Translations under genes and position numbers: made by a program
DNA from: Verrucomicrobiia bacterium
Lineage (GTDB): Bacteria > Verrucomicrobiota > Verrucomicrobiia > Limisphaerales > UBA1319
DNA length: 64,000 bases
Direction of reading: 5' to 3'
Assembly (NCBI GenBank): GCA_963664225.1
Contig: OY760937.1
Span: 1,920,001 to 1,984,000, forward strand
In this document: in pieces, positions 10,499-19,661 of the stretch
How positions within the stretch are numbered: position 1 is the first letter of the stretch
How the letters are laid out: each line of letters begins with the position of its first letter
Notes under the pieces: model-generated
The model's database searches: none
What the model saw: the letters and a program-made list of their open reading frames with translations, nothing else
Told to the model about the DNA's origin: nothing

Positions 10499-12361
10499 AT
10501 GATGCCTTCCAACACAAAGGCGCACCCTCAGAAATTCCGTGTCGGCGGAAATGGCGTCGGCCTGTTCCTGTCGTTATTGGCCCTGGCCGCCAATGTTTCC
10601 GCGGAACCGCTCGCGCGGGATGGGTTTGATTACGGTGATGGTCCGCTGGTCGAAGTTTCCTCGGGACTGTGGCGGCATCACAGCGGAAGCACGACCGGCG
10701 AAGTGTGCGTGATCAACGGCGCGGTCCAACTCACTCAAGCCGCCACTGAGGATGTGAATCTTCCCTGGACGCCGCCCACGGCCACAAACAACTCCACCTG
10801 GTACGCCCGGTTTACCGTTCAATTTTCCGAACCACCCAAAGGAGCTTCCGGCGGTTATTTCGCGCATTTCAAAGATGGCGGAAATGGATTTCGGTGCCGT
10901 ATTTTTGGAACCACGAACGGCGCGGCCCCGGGCTGTTTGCGCCTGGGCATTTCCAATGGCGCGAATACCGCCACCAACCTTGCGGCCGCCGATCTGACAC
11001 TTTGGACGACGCACACCATTCTCTGCCGCTACGATGGCGGGAGCGGCGTCTCTGCGTTGTGGGTCGATCCAGCCAACGTCCCCGGTGAGCCTGTCACCGC
11101 CGGGGACACGGTAAAACCGGTGGCGCCGACGGCGTTCGCCTTGCGCCAGAGCGACGGCATTGGTGCATTGGTCGTGGACGATCTCCAATTGGCAACAACG
11201 CTCGAGGATCTGGGTTTTGCGGACGGACCGCCGGCGGCCGCGCCGCCCGCTTTTGAATTCACCAATGTTCTGGAACAACTGGTGCGTCCCGGCGAGGCGA
11301 CCACGAATACTTTTGACGAACTGGCGCTTCAACCCGGAGAGCGATGGATCATGCGAACCCGCATCTCCGGCACTCCAGGATTCGCACTGCAAGTTCAACC
11401 GCCCAATCAGCTCCCAAACGCCGCCCTGCAATGGACGGCGCAAGCCAATGGAGATTCGGAAATCGATGCCGAACTCATCTTCCAGCCTGGCGAATCCGAA
11501 TCCGGGCAGGCTTTTGAATTTTCAATTTCAGCAGATTGTGGCGGGGCCACGAACACCCAAACTGTCAGCGTGTATGTTCCAAATGTGGCGGAACGCGCGT
11601 TGGTTTTGAGCGAGTTTCTGGCCAATCCAACTTCGGACCCCGGTGCGGCGCATTTCAATCCCCTGTCCCGGGAGTTTCCCAGTGACAAACCGGCCACGGA
11701 AGATGAATTCTTGGAATGGGTCAACAACTCGGATGCACCGCTGGACCTTTCCGGATGGACCATTTCTGATGCCATCCGAACACGTCACGCTTTCCCCACG
11801 AACTTCTCTCTGGCAGCCGGCAGCGCGTTGGTCGTTTTTGGCGGCCCCACAAATAATCCGCCCCTGCTCGATATTCCCGCCCTCCCCGCCAGCGAAAGCG
11901 CTTCCGGCCTGGCCTTGAACAATACCGGCACGGAAACGATTCTCCTGCGCAACGCCCAAGGCCGACTCCTCCAGCGCGTCGTCTATGGAGACACTCAACT
12001 TTCCGATACCGGTTCCCTCTCGCGTTGGCCCGATCTCAACGGCGCCTTCCGTCCACAGAACGAACTTTTCACAAATCCCGTCACCCCCGGACGCCAATGG
12101 GATGGCACCCCTTTTGAATCCACTCCACCCACTCCGCCTCCGCAGCCAGTCTTAAAAATCAGACTCAATGAACAGCGCCAATGTGTTCTGGAGTGGGATG
12201 CAGCAACCGCGCATTCCTATCAAGTCTGGAAGGCGGGCACATTGAATGGGCCATTCGAATCCATTCAAACCGGGCTGGAATTCGGAGACGGACATGGACT
12301 GTTCATCGATCCGGACACAACCCTGGAGAACAATCAGTATTACCGCGTCAGCACGCCGTAG
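10499..12361 (+). CDS. Secreted lamin-tail-domain protein with C-terminal YYRV domain
   Basis: Signal-like segment; 'VLSEFLANP...DEFLEWVN....DLSGWTISD' (LTD motif); ends NQYYRVSTP. Confidence 0.7.
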   Translation: MMPSNTKAHPQKFRVGGNGVGLFLSLLALAANVSAEPLARDGFDYGDGPLVEVSSGLWRHHSGSTTGEVCVINGAVQLTQAATEDVNLPWTPPTATNNSTWYARFTVQFSEPPKGASGGYFAHFKDGGNGFRCRIFGTTNGAAPGCLRLGISNGANTATNLAAADLTLWTTHTILCRYDGGSGVSALWVDPANVPGEPVTAGDTVKPVAPTAFALRQSDGIGALVVDDLQLATTLEDLGFADGPPAAAPPAFEFTNVLEQLVRPGEATTNTFDELALQPGERWIMRTRISGTPGFALQVQPPNQLPNAALQWTAQANGDSEIDAELIFQPGESESGQAFEFSISADCGGATNTQTVSVYVPNVAERALVLSEFLANPTSDPGAAHFNPLSREFPSDKPATEDEFLEWVNNSDAPLDLSGWTISDAIRTRHAFPTNFSLAAGSALVVFGGPTNNPPLLDIPALPASESASGLALNNTGTETILLRNAQGRLLQRVVYGDTQLSDTGSLSRWPDLNGAFRPQNELFTNPVTPGRQWDGTPFESTPPTPPPQPVLKIRLNEQRQCVLEWDAATAHSYQVWKAGTLNGPFESIQTGLEFGDGHGLFIDPDTTLENNQYYRVSTP

Positions 12362-12377
12362 GACTTGATCGCAAAGC

Positions 12378-12406
12378 AAAAAGGTCGCAGCGGACTGCGA
12401 CCTTTT
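12378..12406. terminator. Bidirectional intrinsic terminator
   Basis: aaaaggtcgcag-cgga-ctgcgacctttt between convergent genes. Confidence 0.8.
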
Positions 12407-12457
12407 GACTTACTCAGACCAAACCTGACGGGAAGACCCTGCCCAAAGGGGCTGCGC

Positions 12458-15400
12458 TTATTCAGTCCGCACGCGATAAAATCTCGGTTCGTCTCCGACC
12501 GCATTGTCCGTATAATCCATATCCCAACCCGTTCCCTGGAGACCTGTGGCCAGGGTAACCCAGACGGGATCGGTCAGCGAGGGAGAGTATTCCATGACGT
12601 AGGCTTTGCCCGCCACACTGGGCCAGCGCAGTGTGACAGCGGCAGGAGCATCCTTGGCGTTCCTGGCGCTGTTAAGCCGCAGCGACGAATTCCGATCCAC
12701 GGGACTCGTCCCGGCGCGATATTCCTGCAGGTTGGTCATGCCATCGCCATCCGCGTCAGCGGAAGCGGCGGAAAGCAGATTCGAGATGGTACTGAAATGG
12801 CGCAGACGCCATTGATCAGGAATGCCGTCGTTCATGCTCGAAGCGCTCCGGTCTGCCAGCGTGACCAGGCCCTGTTCGAATTGATTGGGCAGAATACCCA
12901 AGCCATTCGGCGAGGCGGAGATGTGTGCAAAGGAGATCTTGTAGGCCGACTGGGCCGTGGCCGTGGCGGGAATTTTGATCACCAGAGTGCCGACCTCATT
13001 CGCACCCCACACTCCGACCGCATTATTATCCAGCCACGCGGCCCCGTATTGAGCGGGGGTGCTGGACGATGCGTAAGTCGGATTGCCCAGACCCGAGGCG
13101 GGAACAAATTGCACTGGATCGACAATCGCCGGGGAGCCGTCCATGGCCGGGACATTCAAGCTCATCATCATCACACGAATGGGATATTTCCCCGAAATCA
13201 CGGCTTTTATAGGCACGTAAACGGTCTGTCCGGGTTCTGCGCGAAAATCCCCGGCCACAAAGCGAACGGCAGGTTTATCGGTGGACTGCAGGATGGTGGC
13301 GGCCTCGGCAGGCAAGGTTGCTGAACTGGCGGAAGTGCGGGTCACTGGCGCGGCCCCCGCGTGTCCACGGAAGTTGTTTGTGGAGTATCTCCAGCTCAAT
13401 GCCCCGTTAGTCCAGTAACGATAGATCCAGTTCAGACCCGGATCGAGCGAGCGGCGAAATGTGGTGTAAACATCCGTTACATCCAGTTGACCATCCCCAA
13501 AAACAATGTTGTTGATGGAAGCATCGTTGCCATCCAACGATTGGTGTGTGCCATCGGAGGAATCCAGGGCGGCGTAAAAGTCGCTTTTCACCGGAGGCCG
13601 ATTAAGCCCGTAACCGGCAATTGAAACGCTTTGGTCGCCGAGATAAAGGTACCACATCGATTGAAATACCTGCAAAACATCGTTGTTAAGCAATGTGCCA
13701 TCACCAAAGTCCCCCGCGTTAAACCAGCGGAACGGCGCCACATCCCCGACAATGTAGCCCGGATTCTGCACCGCAACATTCTTGATCGCGTTGATCCTTC
13801 CGGCCGTCAGGGAACCATTGGTCGGGGTGTCGATATAGACATCCTGCGCAATGCCGTCAGACGTTGCGGAGGGACGCCCAAGGCGCACCTGGTAGTTGTC
13901 ATTCGATCTGGCATTCAATGGGATTTTAAAAGAGTACGCGCCAACGATGACTTTCCCATCCTTGCTTAAATACAGGTAATCGTGCGCGCTGGAGTACGTG
14001 ATCAAGTCCTGTTTGGTGGTGTCGAAGAGGTTTGTCATCGTGGCCCTCTCCAGCCAGCCCACACCGAGCAGGTTTGCGGACGCATTGGTGAACAAGAGGT
14101 TTGTGAATACATCCACCAGGCCACTATTGGTCACAAACACAGTCGTCAAATACATGGAAGGCGGTATTTTCTCAAACACTGGCGGCGTGATGCCGGGGAT
14201 GGGCCTCATCAACATGGAATCGAAAGTAAAAGCCCCGGGCTGGATGGAGGGGGCCGCGGCGACATTTGTTACGGTGGTATTGAACTGAAGCGAATACATG
14301 GTGGCGCCGGGTAGGAGCGACAGGGTCACCGGCGCCGCAAACCACTGCCCCGCCGCGCCGACAAACTGGCTGGAAGCCTCGCCATTCTCAAAGCCAAAGG
14401 AGATTCGATTCGCGGAGAACTGATTGGGAACAAATGTCTTGGTGACAATCTCGCTGGATTGATAATTATCACGGAAGGCCTGCGCATACATGGTGACTGG
14501 TTTGTCGATGTCGATGGAGGCAAACTCGCCATCCAGGAAGACCTTTGGGCTCTTGTCACGGGGAACCTCTAACTTGCCGGATGCATTGGTGATCACCCCT
14601 TCGAGGGAATAGTAGATCTGCGCGCCCACCGTGTAATCCTTGAACTGGAATGTGCCCGGGTTGTCCCCGACAATCTGCGGCGGCGCAGTGATAAACTGCA
14701 GGCGCGCCTGAACGACGGGACTGGGCCGGCGTCCCTGCTGGCTGCCAATCGCCTTGAGAGTGATATCGGTGGCATCCGAGGTTTTGCTATCCACAATGCT
14801 GCTGGGGGCTTTGTCAGGCGAGACACCATCAAAGTACGGCGGGGCGGCCTCCCCGACGACGCCCGGGCTGGGAACGGGAATCGTGTCCGATTCCGACAAG
14901 CCGGGAGTGTGTCCCTTGGTGTAGTATATGGTATTTAGCTCGCCCATAATGGCGATGATTTGATCGTTGTTGAAGACTTCATTCGTGAACGCCACCAGTC
15001 GTGTGACCTGCACTCCAATACTATTGGTCGCGATTGCCACGTAGCCGATGACCGGGGTCTGAACTTGCGGACGGGGTTGGTCGATTTGAATGCGGCGAAG
15101 CGCGTTGTTGCCCGAATCCACGATCATCCATCCACCCTCCTGATCCCGGGCCAAGGCCTGCGGAATGAAGAACCGGCTGGCTTCCACGGATCCGTCCTGG
15201 AACCCCGGATGCTGCATCGCGCCCGCATAAGTCTCAACGCTCCAATAGATATTAGGGTCGCCAATGGAAGCGAAATAGTCGTTCAAGTCCGGATCCTGAT
15301 AAATCCGGCGCAGGGCATTATTACCCGCATCCGCCACAATCAGGCCCGTGATCCCTCCGGCCCAAAGCAGCCCGCCCGGAGCGTTGAAGCGCGCGACATT

Positions 15401-16129
15401 TGCAAATAAGTCGTCGATGGCTCCCGCCTCTCCGGAAGTGCTGCCCGCCAGATGCGAAACCGTATAAGTAGTGTTGGTGCCGGTGCCCGATGGAGTGAGG
15501 GCTTTGATCGAATGGTTGCGCGTGTCCGAGACAAAAATGGTCCCGCTCGCCGGATCCAGGGCCATGCCGCTGGGCTCATTGAAACCGGAGGCAATGACCG
15601 TGACATAGTTGTTCGCATCCAGCCTGCGGATCACTCCGTTCTTGGTGTCCGCAATAAAAAGATTTTGCCCGTCGGTGGCCAGTGCCGCCGGATTGTTCAA
15701 ATGAACTTCAGACGCCTTGCCATCCGTCGGGGCGCCCTGGACATTGGTAAATCCAACCAGATTGCTCACCACGGTAAGCGCGCGGCTGGTATCGACAAAT
15801 CGAATAAGATGATTGCCCGAATCAGCGACAGCCAATCCGCCCCGGAAGGCCGCGACTCCCTTTGGGGCGTAGAATTGGGCGAACATTCCCAGGCCGTTGG
15901 TGTAGCCGGCGGAATTCTTGATGCCTGCCAGGGCCGTCAGCACGCCGGTGTTCGAGTCATACTTCAAGACGCGATGGCTGCTATCGGTCAGATAACAGAT
16001 ATTGGCCTGATCGATCGTCAACCCGTAAGGTTCAAAGAGACCGCTGTTTAGAACCGTATTGACCATGGGGCCGGCCTGCGCCAGCCAGGGCAGCAAAGCC
16101 ACTGCACAGCAAGTTAAAAATCGTTTCAT
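12458..16129 (-). CDS. Large secreted protein: NHL propeller, chitobiase/Fn3-like, cohesin-like, dockerin-like, cohesin-like, TSP3-like and FYRV C-terminal domains (paralog 3)
   Basis: Signal peptide; NHL repeats ('F..P.G.A......VADSGNH.IR'); 'VGD...DGTLLNNDV...GDGQLDVTDV'; 'DADGDGMTNLQEYRAGTSP'; ends RFYRVRTE. Confidence 0.75.
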   Translation of the reverse strand: MKRFLTCCAVALLPWLAQAGPMVNTVLNSGLFEPYGLTIDQANICYLTDSSHRVLKYDSNTGVLTALAGIKNSAGYTNGLGMFAQFYAPKGVAAFRGGLAVADSGNHLIRFVDTSRALTVVSNLVGFTNVQGAPTDGKASEVHLNNPAALATDGQNLFIADTKNGVIRRLDANNYVTVIASGFNEPSGMALDPASGTIFVSDTRNHSIKALTPSGTGTNTTYTVSHLAGSTSGEAGAIDDLFANVARFNAPGGLLWAGGITGLIVADAGNNALRRIYQDPDLNDYFASIGDPNIYWSVETYAGAMQHPGFQDGSVEASRFFIPQALARDQEGGWMIVDSGNNALRRIQIDQPRPQVQTPVIGYVAIATNSIGVQVTRLVAFTNEVFNNDQIIAIMGELNTIYYTKGHTPGLSESDTIPVPSPGVVGEAAPPYFDGVSPDKAPSSIVDSKTSDATDITLKAIGSQQGRRPSPVVQARLQFITAPPQIVGDNPGTFQFKDYTVGAQIYYSLEGVITNASGKLEVPRDKSPKVFLDGEFASIDIDKPVTMYAQAFRDNYQSSEIVTKTFVPNQFSANRISFGFENGEASSQFVGAAGQWFAAPVTLSLLPGATMYSLQFNTTVTNVAAAPSIQPGAFTFDSMLMRPIPGITPPVFEKIPPSMYLTTVFVTNSGLVDVFTNLLFTNASANLLGVGWLERATMTNLFDTTKQDLITYSSAHDYLYLSKDGKVIVGAYSFKIPLNARSNDNYQVRLGRPSATSDGIAQDVYIDTPTNGSLTAGRINAIKNVAVQNPGYIVGDVAPFRWFNAGDFGDGTLLNNDVLQVFQSMWYLYLGDQSVSIAGYGLNRPPVKSDFYAALDSSDGTHQSLDGNDASINNIVFGDGQLDVTDVYTTFRRSLDPGLNWIYRYWTNGALSWRYSTNNFRGHAGAAPVTRTSASSATLPAEAATILQSTDKPAVRFVAGDFRAEPGQTVYVPIKAVISGKYPIRVMMMSLNVPAMDGSPAIVDPVQFVPASGLGNPTYASSSTPAQYGAAWLDNNAVGVWGANEVGTLVIKIPATATAQSAYKISFAHISASPNGLGILPNQFEQGLVTLADRSASSMNDGIPDQWRLRHFSTISNLLSAASADADGDGMTNLQEYRAGTSPVDRNSSLRLNSARNAKDAPAAVTLRWPSVAGKAYVMEYSPSLTDPVWVTLATGLQGTGWDMDYTDNAVGDEPRFYRVRTE

Positions 16130-16313
16130 ATTCGCCTGTAAAATCTTTTTCTGGCCGTGTTTAATTTCAAAACCAACAACTGCGTTAAACCCACGCTTTC
16201 AATACACCGACTTCAACATAAAAAGGGACGCCCCATTCCCGGAAGCGCCCCCATGAGTTTTTCATTCAAAGAGGGCTGGACGAACTTTTCCGCCCGGCCC
16301 GTCGGAACGCATT

Positions 16314-19300
16314 TTACTGCTCGATCACCCGATAGAACAGCGTGCCGCTCGCGCCGGTATTGGTGTCCCGAACTTCCTGAACATCGTCATTGCCCGTCTT
16401 ATCGCCCAGCTTGGACCAGTCTCCAGCCTTCAGGCTGGTTGCCCGTTCCACGGTGTACTTCATTCCCAACTTGGTGAACCAGCGCAGCGAGAATTGGTGC
16501 TGCTGCAATTCGGTCGCCCATCCCGCGCCCAGGTTGTGCAAACGGAGCTTCGCGGGATTCCGGCCCGCCAGATACTCCTGAAGGTTGGTGACGCCGTCGT
16601 CATCAGGATCCGCATTCACGGCCGCCCAACGGCTGTTGAAGCTGCCGAAGTACTTGATCTTGTACTCGTCCGATATTTGCTCGGCCGGCCTTTGCGCTGT
16701 TGTGCCCACCCAGACCACGCCCGGGAAACTCTCAAAGTCATACTGCGTGTTAATGTCTCCTGCGCCGTCCACGTTCAAATAACGAATCACATAGGTCTGG
16801 CCCGCAATCGCCGTGGCCGGAACCGTGAACTGGATATAACCCAGCAAGGTCGCATTACGCATCGGATTGGCGAACATGGTGCCAGCCTGTCCATTCTGGA
16901 ACTTGAATCCCCAGGCCGCCGCCACCTGATTGATCGGCAGTTCGCCGCTGGCGCCGGGAACGTTGATCGTGGGCGCCGGCAGGTCCGCAGCCTGCACAAA
17001 TACGGCTGGCTCCAGAAGCGCCGGGGCGTTGTCCACTGTCTCAACTTCCACGCGGAATTGCAGGCCGGCCACCGCATTATTGTCTTTGGCCCTGAGATAT
17101 ACGGGGACCTTGACGAGTTGACCGGGCTGCGCATTTTCCACAGGCTGCGAGTAAATCACCGCCTGGCGAACCCAAGCGGGCCTGTCCGCGCTGACAATCG
17201 TGGTCGCAACAGGCGTCGCAGGAGCACTATTCAATATGGCTCCCGCAGTCACACGGCGGCCACCCGCGCTCCAATTACGCATCCAATTATTAGTATCCAG
17301 ACGCAGTGAGCGCATCAGGATGACCTGCCAGTCCAGAAAACGAATCTGGCCGTCACCGCCCACCGAGGAGGTCGTATCCACAGGGAAAGCATCCATGGCA
17401 TCGAATACATCGCTGAAGGAGTAGGGAGTGCGCACGCCCAACGAGGCGTAGAACGCGTTGTTCACGTCGTTGTTGTTCAAGTTGCCGTTTCCATAGTCCC
17501 CGGCGTTGTACCAACTGGCGATCGCGCTATCACCCACGGTGTAGGCGATATTGGTCACCAGGATCGTCTGCGCGGGCAGCGTGCTGAAGATTACCGGAGT
17601 CTGCATGGCGTCCGATGTGCCGGACACCTCGAGAAGCCTGATCGAATAGGTCGAGCCGCTGGCCGCTGTGGGCGGCACGGGAATCGCGAGCAGAGCCACC
17701 GTCGAGAAATCCGACGCGGAGAAGTTGGCGTTGATCCCGATGTATGCGACAGCCAGACCCCGTGTCTTATTTGTGGCGAAATAGTAGGTGCTATAGGTAC
17801 CCGTCGATTTAAGACCGTTAGTCCCGGTGCCAATGACCTTGATAAAATCGTTGGTGTCGATATCGATGGGGCGGAACTGGGCCAGAATTTCGGGCGAGCT
17901 GGTGTCCGTCGGCGCGACTTCCACCCGGAATTGCAAGGACATGAGCTTGTCGTTTTCACCCATCTTGACTTGCACCGGCACCAGGATTGTGGAGCCAATG
18001 CCGGCGTTGTAACCCTTGAGAACGCCGATGGTCGTGGTCTGGAGATCGCTGAATTTGAAGGTTTTTTGCATCACGCTGCTGGTCTCGTAACCATCCTTGA
18101 ACGCGCGCACCTGAAAATTGACATCGTTGGTGCCGGTGAGAATGGCCGGAGTCTGACCGACAAATAACGGGATGTCGTTCGTGGTCGGAGCCAGACCGTT
18201 GGTCGTGTAGTACATCCGCGCTCCCAGCGTTGCGGAATCCACGGTAAAGGTTGCCGGGTTGATCCCCAGAATATTTGGATTGGCCACTTTGAATCGGACC
18301 TGCGCAGTCACGATTCTGCTCGACTGGCGCCCGCTGGCGGTGCCGTAGGTTTTGATCACCACGTTCGTCAAAACTCTCATCCCCTCGAGAATGCTCCTGG
18401 GGGTGTAATTCGCAACTGACTGACCATCCGAGTAGATGGGCGTGCTTGGATCGTCCTTGGTGGGATCCCGCAGAGAAGCGGCGTCATTGCCAACCACGTA
18501 ATGAAATTCCGTGTCGCTTTCCGTCAGGATCACGATGTTGGTGTTATTGTAAAATGTGGCGTTAGTGATGGCCACGGCCTGCCAGACCAGATTCTGGAGC
18601 GCGTTGGTGGTCGCCACCGCCACCGCGATGATCGGCTCGGCCACCGGCGCCTGCGGCAGGGAGACCTGGATTCGAAGCAACGCGTTGCGGCCCAAATCCA
18701 CCAGGGGATAGTTGCCGTCCTTGTCAATCGCCATGCCCATGGGTTTGACCAGGCCCGCTTTGGAGGAATTGGCATAAGTAATCACCTTCGGGATGCCGGG
18801 CGTCGATTCTAATATCTCACGAATCAGGGCATTGCCCGTATCGCTCACGAGCAAGCCTGTCTTGCCGCCCACCCATAAGAGACCCGCGGGCTTGAGAAAC
18901 CGCGCATTGGTCCCGATACCATCGGCGATGCCAAATTTCACATTCGATCCGCCGCCCGCGTAAAGCACCGGCGCCGCGGCGCCATTGGTCAGCACGAGAA
19001 TGGAATGGTTCTCCGTGTCGGCAATGAACAGACGCCCGCCCGCGCCGTCATAGGCCACCGCCGCCGGCTTGAAGAGATTCGAAGCCACCGTGGTCACATT
19101 GCCCGCCACATCGAGCTTGCGAATGGCGTTATTCAACTGGTCGGCAACGTAGATATCCCCGGCGGATCCCACCGCCAGACCGGCGGGAGAATTGAAGCGC
19201 GCGGAAGCGCCATTCCCATCCGCAAAGCCGCTGCCGCCCTCCATGCTCGAAACATCGCTGCCGGCCAGCAGGGTTGAGGTCCCGTTCGTGTTCAGAAACC

Positions 19301-19604
19301 GGATGGAATTGAAACCCGCATCCGCTACGATCAGGCCGCCGCGCGCCGTTACGATTCCCCGCGGATCGAAAAAGCCATCGTTTAGAACCGACTCTGTCCC
19401 CATGTTAGAATCGAACTGCACCACGCGTCCATTGACGCTGTCGGTGAGAAAAAATTGATCCTCCACCACGGCAACGCCGTAGGGTTCGTTCAGTTGCACG
19501 ACATTGTCGGGTGCATTGGTGATGACCGTCCCTATGGTTTGGGCGGTGGCGTTCAGGCCCAACAGGCCGGATGCCAGCAGTGTCATGGCGATGCTTTTAT
19601 TCAT
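16314..19604 (-). CDS. Large secreted NHL / cohesin-like / dockerin-like protein (paralog 2)
   Basis: Same architecture; 'MYYTTNG..P', 'VPVQV...LMSLQFRVEV', 'GNGNLNNNDV...GGDGQIRFLDW', 'DPDDDGVTNLQEYLAG'; ends LFYRVIEQ. Confidence 0.75.
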   Translation of the reverse strand: MNKSIAMTLLASGLLGLNATAQTIGTVITNAPDNVVQLNEPYGVAVVEDQFFLTDSVNGRVVQFDSNMGTESVLNDGFFDPRGIVTARGGLIVADAGFNSIRFLNTNGTSTLLAGSDVSSMEGGSGFADGNGASARFNSPAGLAVGSAGDIYVADQLNNAIRKLDVAGNVTTVASNLFKPAAVAYDGAGGRLFIADTENHSILVLTNGAAAPVLYAGGGSNVKFGIADGIGTNARFLKPAGLLWVGGKTGLLVSDTGNALIREILESTPGIPKVITYANSSKAGLVKPMGMAIDKDGNYPLVDLGRNALLRIQVSLPQAPVAEPIIAVAVATTNALQNLVWQAVAITNATFYNNTNIVILTESDTEFHYVVGNDAASLRDPTKDDPSTPIYSDGQSVANYTPRSILEGMRVLTNVVIKTYGTASGRQSSRIVTAQVRFKVANPNILGINPATFTVDSATLGARMYYTTNGLAPTTNDIPLFVGQTPAILTGTNDVNFQVRAFKDGYETSSVMQKTFKFSDLQTTTIGVLKGYNAGIGSTILVPVQVKMGENDKLMSLQFRVEVAPTDTSSPEILAQFRPIDIDTNDFIKVIGTGTNGLKSTGTYSTYYFATNKTRGLAVAYIGINANFSASDFSTVALLAIPVPPTAASGSTYSIRLLEVSGTSDAMQTPVIFSTLPAQTILVTNIAYTVGDSAIASWYNAGDYGNGNLNNNDVNNAFYASLGVRTPYSFSDVFDAMDAFPVDTTSSVGGDGQIRFLDWQVILMRSLRLDTNNWMRNWSAGGRRVTAGAILNSAPATPVATTIVSADRPAWVRQAVIYSQPVENAQPGQLVKVPVYLRAKDNNAVAGLQFRVEVETVDNAPALLEPAVFVQAADLPAPTINVPGASGELPINQVAAAWGFKFQNGQAGTMFANPMRNATLLGYIQFTVPATAIAGQTYVIRYLNVDGAGDINTQYDFESFPGVVWVGTTAQRPAEQISDEYKIKYFGSFNSRWAAVNADPDDDGVTNLQEYLAGRNPAKLRLHNLGAGWATELQQHQFSLRWFTKLGMKYTVERATSLKAGDWSKLGDKTGNDDVQEVRDTNTGASGTLFYRVIEQ

Positions 19605-19661
19605 ACGTCGATGTTTTTTTAACGGCGATCTAAAACTGTTTATTGTTATTGGCGATCCGGC